NCBI RefSeq assembly: GCF_001194135.2
Contig: NC_068984.1
Location: forward strand, 66,041,601-66,105,600
DNA length: 64,000 bases
From: Octopus bimaculoides
Taxonomy: Eukaryota
Reading direction: 5' to 3'
The notes below the pieces were generated by a model. It searched no databases and was not told the origin of the DNA. It saw nothing but the letters and a program-made list of their open reading frames with translations. The translations under genes and the position numbers were made by a program. Below are positions 53,583 to 64,000 of the stretch, in pieces. How positions within the stretch are numbered: position 1 is the stretch's first letter; each line of letters begins with the position of its first letter.

Positions 53583-56374
53583 CTACAAGATGGACAGCAG
53601 TAAGTGAAGGGAAAAGGTCATAACATGTTAATACTAAAGAAAAAGAACTACTATAGTAATACTTTCCATCACTTTTCAGATCTAATTCTCTCAGAAATGT
53701 CAGCTTAATTTATTTGTATCAATTGTATTTGTATTATTTATTATCAAAATCATAATGGTGGAGTAGAGGGGATAAAAACTTTCTTTAGTTTCAAGTTTGC
53801 ACCCTATTGAATACATCATGCCTCTAAATAAGACAAATAACTTCACTTGTTTTATAAAGAGGATTTATAATGGATAATCTTAAGTTCTCGTTATATTGCA
53901 AATTCTCTAGAGAAATGCATTAATATCTAAGTTTTTAATTCCCAGATCTATAAGAAAGAACTTTATGCTTAAGAATTTAATTTATTTTTTTCTAATACAT
54001 AAATTACTCAGCTGGGACAAACATTTACATAATATTTACAGTTTGCAATTCCAGAAGGGAGACTGGAGAATGAGACACAGGAGAAATGATAAGAGTATGA
54101 AAAATGGATTGTGTCATGTGTGCCTGAATGTAAAAGAAAGAAACTATGCAGAAAGCTAGTTTAGAACTTAAGACAAAGGTAACTGAGAGTACAAACGATA
54201 TTATTATTTTCAATCAAATTAATTTCAGACATGCTTATCCAGCAGGCGACTTACTTAATATGGAACAGATTCAAAGTGGACTAATATCATGGAGGGGTCA
54301 CTTCAGCCATTCAAGTACACAGAAAATCTACTATATTAACGTTCTATCTATTATGAAATGTGAATAGGTTCTGTAACATCTGCAACCTGGTCAATGACTC
54401 AATTGAAATGCAGAGTAATTGTGTCAGTGATCAGGTCACTGAAGTATGACAAAACTCCAAGCACATCAAAATAGTACTATTAAGGAAAAAAATGAAAACT
54501 GAATATAACAGGTCTTGTACATTCCCAAATGGCTAAAATGGCTTCTTGACAACATAACTGAATCAAATTACTTAATATTCATTCATTAAATTTGACAGAT
54601 TGCACAGATCTATAATTAGAGGAAATATAATTGAAAACACAAATCAAAATAATGGATAATATAATTTCAATAACATATTAAAATTCAACTCAAGTAGATG
54701 GACATTCAAATCTTAGAGTACTTAGCCAGTTTGTTTTTCGCTTTTTTTCCTTAAAATATATGCACACATATTCATGATGATATAGACATGTCTACAGAAT
54801 ATTTTTCCTCATGCTTTATTTCCTTCTGAGAGGAAAACAATATATATATACATATCCACAGTGAATATGAACCTTTAACACAGTGTAAACATGTTCTAAT
54901 CTTTTAAATGAATGGTGGTGGAAATAAAGTATAACTTAAAATGAAAAGAAAAATATACAGACTGTAGAAATGTTTTGAAATCAAACCTACTTGAAATAAA
55001 TAGAATGGATATTAGTTAGCTTTGTGAACAATGCATTTTTTTTTTCAAGATTGCATATGATAACATAAATACATATTTATTTCATACCTAAGATAAATAT
55101 CCATACAAATTCATATGAAAGGAATTTCCAATCAGATTTTCAATAGGAAATAACAACATGTTGGTAAATTTTTCACTTAGCTGCTTCTATTGCTGAGATA
55201 TTTATCCTGGCTCATTTTATTTCCAGTATTCAATATACTAGCTTTATTTATTTTCTTAAATTCTAGATATAAAATCTAAGGATAAAAACAGATCTTTTAG
55301 AAATATATTTGGTTTATTCTGATTTATATCCTATCAGATCAATTTCTAAATCTTTTTTAGATCTTTATATGAAAAATATAATAGATTATGTTTTTATGCT
55401 TGTGTGCATATTTTCATTCACACAAACTTATAAAACAGTTCTTCTCTCTAGCCTTGCCATCACAGAGAAGCAAATAATATAATCCAACGAAGAGCAAATC
55501 ACACACAAACTAACACTATATATACACATACATGCTTGCATATAAGGGTAAGTTAGCAATGTCTTGTAAGTATTGTACTGACACGTCACTAAGCAAGTGC
55601 AAATTAAAAGGTGACAAGAGCATTAATATTACAAATAATACCAATATTTGGAAAGTAGTATTATGTTTGCAAAAAGTATAGCAATGTTTTATATGCATAG
55701 AAAAGCAACATATTATATGTCTAGAAAAAGAAAAGTCAAGTGTCTGTGAAGAATTGCTATCAGTCATTATGTATTCCAGTTATCAAAAACCATACCTACA
55801 TTATTTACGTGGTTATAGTATTTCAAATGTTTTGAAAGTATAAAGGCATTAAAATTATAGCAAAGATATCAAATAAAAATCATTGTTATTCTGTAGAAAT
55901 ATTTTATACAGTTCTTAGTTTATTTACCAAGATAAATACCAAGGTGAAGATACATCAGCTAGTGAAATAATTAATAGTAATGACACAGGCTTTCCAATTT
56001 GTTATGTCAACAATCACTGGGTTATAAGTTTTCACAATAGTTTTGGTTGACTCACTGTTTTGAGTGATTCTAATGCAGAATTTTGTGCTGATTCCAAAAA
56101 TCTGTTCATTTTTTCACTACCATCAACCGTTTGTGAGATATATCAAATTATATTAATATACACTTATCATCATATACACATATCATACATCTGGCAACTG
56201 TCTGTGTAAACAAAAGCTCTAACATCACTTGATCATAGGTTGTTGTATGACATAACTCTTGCTGTAAAACATTTTTCTACTCTACAAATAAATCATTCCT
56301 TCCTAAAGTTCATATTGTACCTCCATTACTTGTATAAAAAGTTTTGAAAGGCTTAAATAAAAAGGCAGTGTAGT

Positions 56375-57018
56375 CACTGCCTTCTGCTACACACAACAGA
56401 CTCAAGAAATGGATTGGTCTGGTTATGGAGAAGAAGTGACAAGCAAATTTTGTATCTGCGCATTTTCTGATTTTCGTTCAAATCGTGTGGTACCCATTTG
56501 TCAAGCTTTCTTGATTTTCCGATCACATTCAAATGGTTGCAGGCAGTTTTCTGGCTAATTTGAAGTTCATTCACCAGTTCTCGAGTGGTTTTACATGGAT
56601 CTTTCTCAATGACAAGTCTTTAATTGACCGTCATCGATAACAGATGGGTGTCCACTATGCTCACATTCTTCAAGGCTCAGGTCTCCACTGCAAAATTGTT
56701 TAAACCATTTTCGAGCTGACCTCTCACTGGTCATTTTTTCACCAAATGTTTCGTTGATATTGTGAGCAGTCTCAGCTGCTTTATGTCCTTGTTTGATGTT
56801 GAATAACAAAATTACCTGAATATCATGCTTTAACAGCTTCATTTCAGATGATTGTAACAAGGGTGAAAAAATATCAATGTTAATTTATTGATGCATTTGG
56901 ACAAGTCTATGGCTGTATTATCAGACCATAAAATGTTTTTAAAAAATTCAAAACACTGCAAAAATCCGATACAAATTTTTCATGGTTCAAGACGTTGCTT
57001 ACATTTTACTCAACCTGA
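56375..57018 (-). mobile_element. 5' half of a mariner element (HTH plus WVPHDL linker), truncated before the catalytic domain
   Basis: TA|TCAGGTTGAGTAAAA TIR at about 57018; track ORFs 56606-56860 and 56374-56574 (GHKAAETAHNINETFG…, KLDKWVPHDL). Confidence 0.88.
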
Positions 57019-57392
57019 TAGTTATTTGTCACTGAATTACACTTAAATAAAAGATATTGCTAATTCTGTAAGCTGCATCAAAATTGATGCTGTTGAAAAA
57101 GAAAAAAAAAGAAGAAAAATTTTGGAACCAAATGTGGTCAAGTTTGAATGAGAATAAGGCCCAAATTTGTCTTTAAACCACATCTTGGTCAGTTATAGAA
57201 AGCATTTAGCATAATAAAACTGAATTGAAATATCATAGTGAGAGGAATCTATACATGCAAACATTGCACCATCATACAAGTAATGTTATTTGTTCATAAT
57301 TTTTCATGAAAATATATTCAGCTATTATGCTGCCATGTTCCTGAGACTAAGGGAAATATTACCTAGCATGGTAACAAGTGGGGATTAGTAAC

Positions 57393-57436
57393 AATTGCCA
57401 TGAAGCAATTCTACAATGAATTGCTTCATGGCAATT
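57393..57436. repeat. Perfect 19-bp inverted repeat with 6-nt loop
   Basis: AATTGCCATGAAGCAATTC-TACAAT-GAATTGCTTCATGGCAATT. Confidence 0.95.
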
Positions 57437-58369
57437 CATTAAACATATCAAGCTCCATGTCAGAATATATTAAAACAAAAGGGAAAATGCTTTGATAACT
57501 TTATCATGGATGGAAGAAAGAAAATATTTACATTTTCATCAAATTAGAATACCAGTTTCATTTGTTTTTTTAAACAAATATAGTAATGCTATAAGAAAAT
57601 GGAAAATTAACTAAATTTAATTAAATAATAGCTGTTTCAAAATCTCACAGGTGTTTCTTACAAAATTCACATGGTAGCAGCTGCTGGCAATAGTAGTAGT
57701 AACAATTTTAATCTTGCTCTAAAGTAATATTTGTGTTAAATTTCTAAAGAGGTCACTGGAGTCTAACAGCTGAAGAACTAAGCATCGGGATTCTTAGCTA
57801 GCTGGCTCTCATTCAACTTCACATCAAACCTGAACTATGACTATTCTAGTTCTCTGAATTTTTATACATTTATACATAAATGATGGTGCATACTGACAAT
57901 AAGTCATGAGAAAATAATTAAAACCATAGCTAGCCAATTTGGAAGATCATCAGACAAAATACTTTACATGATGTGGCAACTTACTCTTTATGCTCTGAGT
58001 TCAAATAATTTTACCTTTTCTCTTTCAAAAGGTTAACAAAACAAGTACCAGTCATGTAATGAAAGTCATCAACTGCTTCCTCTCTCAAAATGTGTGACCT
58101 TGTGCCTTAGATAAAAATCAATTAAATGATTCTATATAAGAATATATGTTTAGCCTTGTCAATAAAAGCATGAAGATGCAGGTCCAATTTGATATTCATA
58201 CACCTATTACCAAGCCTATACCAACCAGTGATTAATTCTGGATATTTCGTGTTATATAAAAATTTGAATAAAAAAATATGAATGTCTCTGACTGCATCAA
58301 AGCAATCAAAATAACTATTAAGTCATCATTTCTTTAGTAGGTATTTTTTGGAGGACATTTTTCTCTTAC

Positions 58370-58420
58370 TTCTTTAGCATCAGTTGATGTCTTTTTCTTT
58401 CTTTCCAGTATTCAACACAT
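58370..58420 (-). CDS. Orphan exon candidate (CVEYWKERKRHQLMLK), phase 2-2
   Basis: Acceptor ttctctgtag|A, donor AA|GTAAGA, one open frame; does not fit the phase of the preferred chain 1. Confidence 0.25.
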
Positions 58421-58914
58421 CTACAGAGAATAATGTCCAATGAGAAAGGAAACTATTACCATTGATGTTTCTGAATCATTTCTTTTCCATATAAGAGTTT
58501 CAAAGAAAGAAAAAAGTTATAAGGGGAGAAAGAAACGAAAAGAAAACTGTGTGATAAGGAATAGAGAAATGAAGTAGAGTTGTATTTTTCTTGCCAATTG
58601 CTATTTACCAACATGACAGCTATCAATATCCAAAGAATAATGCTAGCCTGCTTCTACTAAATAGGCACATTGGTAAACTCTTATACGAACTCATTATGAA
58701 TTTCTGGACTCTCTATGTTGAAAGTTTATCAGCATCAAAAACGATATTCTTCAAACTTTTATTATTGGAAACAGATAATTATATATACTTGGTAACGTAA
58801 ATGTGAATAGTAAACACATGAATTCTTATTTTAATTAATTTGAAATACTTCTCTGTAGATGTCTGTTGACTTTATAGTTAATACACAATGATTTAGGTAG
58901 TCACTGGATTTTAC

Positions 58915-59023
58915 CATCAATAACACTCTTTTTGTAAACTCTGTCACGTAGAGCAATATACTGCCAATATCATTTAGATTAAACTTCAGCACAATCCATT
59001 TCAAACTTTTCTTATTCATTCCT
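58915..59023 (-). CDS. Putative exon, chain 1 (GMNKKSLKWIVLKFNLNDIGSILLYVTEFTKRVLLM)
   Basis: Strong acceptor tgtcattctgtctccag|A, donor ATG|GTAAAA, single open frame of 109 nt; overlaps track ORF 58831-59019; phase 0 end fits exon 53553-53582. Confidence 0.45.
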
Positions 59024-59604
59024 CTGGAGACAGAATGACAGAATACATACTAACAACTCAGCAATATATATCTACTTCAATTTAATGTAGCAAATACAGA
59101 TGCAAGCTGAATGGAATGAAAGTTAAATATAATATACTGATTCTTGTACTAGTTATGAAGTATAGTTTTCAGATGAAGATCATTCACATTTTAACAAGAA
59201 ATATCGTTAAGCAAGCAAATTTTCTCCTTTAAATAATCACCCATTAACATGCATCATATAAAATTCAACAAATGGTGTGTTCCTCATTCTTTTAAATAAA
59301 ACAATAGCCATCATACATTCACACATTTGCATACTTATACAAACATACAGTGACACAGATATACATACACATTCACACACAATGCACTTTAGTGTCAAGT
59401 ACTACTAAGAGTATTTGACAATGTTTATGTTTGTTTGATGATAAATCCTTCCCCCCAGAAGGTTTTACCTTCAGGCAATTTAAATTGATGAGATATAAGA
59501 CAATGGTTACAATACAGCAAAGCTACCATTAAGACAATGAACTAAATAGCAAGAAATGTTTAAATTCATTAATATGCATACATAAGCTGATTTGGTGTTA
59601 CTTG

Positions 59605-59617
59605 GCATATATATATA

Positions 59618-59681
<64 letters not shown>

Positions 59682-59714
59682 TATACATACATGCACATAT
59701 ATATATACACATGA

Positions 59715-59754
<40 letters not shown>

Positions 59755-59755
59755 C
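59605..59755. repeat. (TA)n plus (CA)n microsatellite
   Basis: Directly visible. Confidence 0.95.
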
Positions 59756-59842
59756 TATAAAGGAGATCCATCAGATCACAGTTTTGTAAGAGATGCCCCT
59801 TTCTATAACAAGTGCACATGTAATGATAGGAGATACATTATA

Positions 59843-60112
59843 CAGGGTGCCCCCAAAAGATCTACTCACTCTTTGACAGACGATTACTAATGTATTGTTT
59901 TTTTTATTTCAGATGCAACCAACTCTTCACAATGGCAAATGCACAATTAACATTTGAGGAAAAGAAATTATATTAAAGTTCTACAGGAGGCACAAAAATG
60001 TCACGGTGACAGTGCAAAGACAATATAGCAGACAGTTTCAGAAGACACCACCAACACGATGCACTATTGCTTGCATCAGAGATAAATTTGAAGCATACAG
60101 AACATTCAAGCG
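59843..60112 (+). mobile_element. 5' end of a Tc1/mariner-superfamily transposon with DUF4817-like HTH
   Basis: TA|CAGGGTGCCCCCAAAA terminus; MANAQLTFEEK…KFYRRHKNV…VQRQYSRQFQKTPPTRCTI…IRDKFE; cut by the downstream retro-insertion. Confidence 0.7.
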
Positions 60113-60420
60113 TTAGGCCTCATGAAGGCACCGACAGGTGACCAAGACCCTTGCGATATGCTATGCTTGTGTTGATCTGTCAAGCTAAGTCAGACTGTAG
60201 TCATGGATGATGCTGGTGTCAGGTCAATGGTATATAAAAAGCACCCACTACACTCTTTAAGTGGTTGGCATTAGGAAGGACATCCAACCATAGAAACCTT
60301 GCTGAATCAGATTGGAACCTGGTGCAACCCCACCACCGGCTTACCAGTTTTCAGTCAAACCATCCAACCCATGTCAGCATGGAAAGCAGAAGTTAAACAA
60401 TGATGATGATGATGATGATG
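60112..60420 (+). mobile_element. RTE-type 3'-end element
   Basis: Same 3' terminus and (GAT)n tail; inserted into the Tc1-like element. Confidence 0.8.
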
Positions 60421-60474
60421 ACACGTATATAGACATATACAATGATGATGATGATGACGCATATATAGACATAT

Positions 60475-60567
60475 ACCCATGGTACCACACATTGGGACTG
60501 AATCAGGAACTACATGGGTGGGACGCAAGCTCTTACCCCACAGCCACAGCTGTGCATATCCACACAG
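60475..60567 (-). mobile_element. SINE family A head fragment
   Basis: Reverse complement of GGCTGTG..GTAAG…TTCAGTCCCA…GGTACC. Confidence 0.7.
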
Positions 60568-60600
60568 CCTCACTGCACTGCACTTATATATATATATATA

Positions 60601-61461
60601 TTGGATCATACCATAAATAATGCAATTTTTTCAACTGAATGAACTAAATGTTAGAGGAGGATGGATAAATTACCTTCATCAAATTGCTATCAAAGCAGGT
60701 AGTAATTTTACCTTGTACTTATTCTAAGTGCAAGTTTTGAAGAGTGCAGTTCGATTTTAACAGTTATATTTTCAAGGTTATAATGGAAGTGACAAAGGAG
60801 CATATTCAGCATACTTTGCTTTATGAGTTCAATAATGGCAACAATGCAACGGAAAGTGTGAGGAATATTAATGCAGTATATGGTGATCGGACAATAAGCG
60901 TAAGCCAGTGTCAGCAGTGGTTACGGAAATGTTGGGCTGGAAACTATAGCCTAGAAGATGAGCCTCATCCTGGAAGATCTGTAGAACTTGATGAATACAT
61001 CCAGCAAACCCTGGTGGAACAAAATCCCCATTGTAACTGTTGAGGAACTCGCAGAGAAGCTTGGATTTGGTCATTCAAGTGAGTGCTAGAAGAAAAATGA
61101 CCATCTTTGGTTTCAAGAATGACATTCCAAACGCTGGAGCAGTTTGAATGGGAAACAATGCCCCACTCACCATATTGGCCAGACATTGCTCCATCTCATT
61201 ATCATTTATTCTGCAGTTTTCAAAATAATTTGGATGGAAAAATATGAATTCTGCAGATGAAGATAGAACAGTAGTGGAGGAGTATTTTTCATCATGGACA
61301 AGTGAATTTTAGAAGAAGAGTCTAGCAAGTCTTCCAGATAGATGGAAGAGCATTGTAGAGAAAATGAAAGAGAGTACATTTTAGATTAAAAAAGAACTCT
61401 ATCTTAATATTGAAAAATAAAATAAGTATAAAAAAACAGCATTATTTATGGGATGACCCAA
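60601..61461 (+). mobile_element. Internally deleted mariner element
   Basis: About 30-bp TIRs TTGGATCATACCATAAATAATGC / GCATTATTTATGGGATGACCCAA with TA on both sides; MEVTKEHIQHTLLYEF…SLEDEPHPGR joined near 61080 directly to …MPHSPYWPDIAPSHYHLF. Confidence 0.9.
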
Positions 61462-62327
61462 TATACACATACACATATGCACATACATACTCTACCTTCA
61501 CTTTCCAGTACAAACTCTGATTCCTTTTCTTCCATGTATCCTCAATCTCTGTCCATTTTCTGGATCACATGGCTTCTATCATCTTTCTGCTATCTCAACC
61601 ATGTTGCATTAAAGATACAAAAGTATTTCAAAATAAGGAATATGCCTATCACTACTCCCTCTGTTACATATTCCTTTTATCACTATCATTCATTTATATG
61701 TCTATCACACATACTTCTCACACAGTAAAGAGGCTGGTGATTGACCAAAACATGAAGCTGTGAGGTTTCTAATTTTTCGTGCTCATGTCATAAAAAAATG
61801 TACCCAGTACACTTTAATAATATATGAGGTTGTGACCCTTTAGTTCTATCAAGGACAGAACAACTCTTTAGTGTTGATACTGTGAGATAAAAATAAACAC
61901 AATATATACTGTGAAGTGGTTGGTGTTAGGATGTTAGGAAGGTCATCAAGCCAGAAGAAACAAAGTCAAAAATGGAATGCAAACAAAATAAAGTCTTCCA
62001 GCTTATCTAGTGGGGCAATACTCCTTGAATATGTACAGACTCCGACCATGACAACAAATCCTACACATGCAATGATGAAAAGCAGAAAGTCAACAGTGAT
62101 GATAGTGATGATGATGACAATGACAACAGTTAATGACGATAATGATGTAATATTTGTACCACAAGCTGCACAGATGTCATCAGTTACTATAGTTTATTAA
62201 ATATTTTCTTGGCTCATATAAATGAACAAGTCAGTAACATGTTCCTAGTGAATACCTTAACTTTTAGTATTACATAATACCAAATGTAATAAAAACAATA
62301 TAATATAAACTTAGAAAAATAACTTAC

Positions 62328-62377
62328 TTCCTCTTCTCTAGATGTATCTTATCATATACTACAATTATCCAAAGCAG
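62328..62377 (-). CDS. Weak upstream exon candidate, chain 1 (…YDKIHLEKR)
   Basis: Perfect donor AA|GTAAGT with the phase-2 end needed by exon 58915-59023; acceptor uncertain (start 62358 or 62377). Confidence 0.2.
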
Positions 62378-62554
62378 CTATTTTGGACATAATATTTAGT
62401 CATGATTCTCTGCTATTTCCTAGTTTACAAAATGCCTCCAAAGTATATATTTCTGCAGACGATATGAACTCATTTCATATTCAATACAAATAAAGGTCTA
62501 AAGCCATAACCATTAACATTCCAAAGAAATTAATATTTTGCTCCAAGTATGTGT

Positions 62555-62601
62555 GGTTGTGTGTGTGTGTGTTGTGTGTGTGTGTGTTGTGTGTGTGTGT
62601 G

Positions 62602-62646
<45 letters not shown>
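62555..62646. repeat. (TG)n microsatellite with periodic extra T
   Basis: Units of (GT)5-6 + T followed by pure (GT)n. Confidence 0.9.
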
Positions 62647-62648
<2 letters not shown>

Positions 62649-64000
62649 GGATCTATATAAAGGTAAGCAGTTTTAAAAATATATATAGACAAAACAATTT
62701 ATAGACAGTATTCACTTAATAAGATTATTCTCTATTATATATATGTTTGAGGGTATGCATATATATATATATATGTGAAGGTGTCTTTATAGTGAGAGAG
62801 AGGGAGAAAAAGAGAGAGAGAGAGAGTGGTATACAATGAATTAGATAGTGATGAAATAGGAAAATAGACAGAGTAAACTAGACAAATATTAATTTCAAAT
62901 GATATTTTCCCGAGAAAACATCAGCTGACTAATGCTTTCAATAGCCAGAACTATTATCTTTGGTGCATTCACTTAGCTTTAGCTATGGTGACCTGATATA
63001 TGCAAACTCATCTCAATGTAACCACCCTTGGGAAATTTATAATGTTGTACAAATTGTTCTGATGTTATTTGATGCTCTTAAAATCCATGGAGGGAGTTAT
63101 TGGTGAACTGAATAGAAAGTCAAGGAAATTTTTTTTACTGCATCTTTATTAGTTCCCAAACAAGAGGGTTTGTTTCACCATCAATGCACATAATGTTTAT
63201 TTTATTAATTAATTTATGCATTTTTGTATTGTAGTAGTACAAAAAGTAATCAATAAGCATACAATATCATCAAAACAAGTCTAAATTGTAAACTTAAATG
63301 CCATTCCTGAGGTTTTCAAATAGAAATATGGACAACTTTGGAAAAAGAGCAAAGGAAATAGGGGTAAATATTGATTTCTAAGATAAGCACAAGGCTATAC
63401 ACACATTGAAGGAGAAAGGACAGTTGAGAAAGTCAATTAAACCAATTAAAATACTTCACTAATACTTAATCTTATGAGCTCTGAGAGATGAAAGGTGAGT
63501 TTAGTTTGGTGGGATTTTAAATTGGAATGTAGTGTTGCAACTAAATCCTGCAAGTATTTTGTCCAAAACACTAATAATTCATCCCAGCCAACACCTTGTC
63601 ACGGACAAATCTTATACAGGAAAATATTTTGGTAAGGTAGCAGTTTTAAATATTCTGCATAATGAACACAAAAGGAAAACCTTCAATAATTATAATGAAT
63701 TTTAATTAATTCAAACTGATAAGAAAAACAAATTTAATTCTGAAAAACCTGCATATATTTTAAGTGTATATCTACAGATTTTTTATAGAATTTAGAGCCA
63801 GCACTGAAAATTACAATGTTTAATACACAAATATGTCTAGGTAAACAATGCAATCAAAACTAGAAAAATAGTTAATAGGTGTACATTTCTGCTCCTTCTT
63901 CAGCACCACATTCAATCCATTAACATACAAAGCGGATGTTAAACGATGATGATGACGATATATATATACATATATATATAAATATTTATATATATATATA

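Noticed and set aside
54255-54330. Minus-strand segment with a perfect GTAAGT donor
   Set aside because: Stops in all three frames from the plausible acceptor.
55516-55767. 83-aa minus-strand ORF with a good acceptor
   Set aside because: Composition is typical of AT-rich non-coding DNA and it is not needed for chain 1.
61480-61620. Purine-rich minus-strand stretch with a donor-like end
   Set aside because: Stops in all frames; may be a decayed LINE piece but has no diagnostic motif.
1-64000. CRISPR arrays, prokaryotic operons, rRNA/tRNA genes, organellar or viral inserts
   Set aside because: No regularly spaced repeats, no long intact ORFs and no full cloverleaf; tRNA-like boxes occur only as SINE heads.

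Overview
Very AT-rich, repeat-dense eukaryotic DNA with many (TA)n/(CA)n microsatellites and two N-gaps. The SINE families, the (GAT)n-tailed RTE-type 3' ends and the overall composition resemble an Octopus genome (inference from recall, not a search). Almost all ORFs in the supplied track are microsatellite noise or decayed transposon pieces. Reading splice signals by eye gives two phase-compatible chains of small minus-strand exons. (1) 59023->50279 assembles to a peptide resembling an RGS domain (…TKRVLLMNSCFL…SSVNF…IFQRVQLTVFYTMMDPFLRFLE). (2) 27456->1893 has a BACK-domain-like motif (WVE…EIIKHIRFGHLSLNEL) and ends …AGGMED*. One 90-nt exon of chain 2 carries an in-frame TAA. I cannot tell whether the chains are one gene or two. 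Mobile DNA includes three R4/Dong-clade LINE 3' fragments (one split by a probable solo LTR with a 4-bp TSD), an L1/Tx1 3' fragment, a Penelope GIY-YIG remnant next to a decayed minimal hammerhead ribozyme, three mariner relics, a Tc1-like 5' end, piggyBac-type and hAT-type MITEs, a foldback element and many SINEs. No CRISPR array, rRNA or intact tRNA gene was seen. All gene models are manual and need RNA-seq or HMM confirmation.
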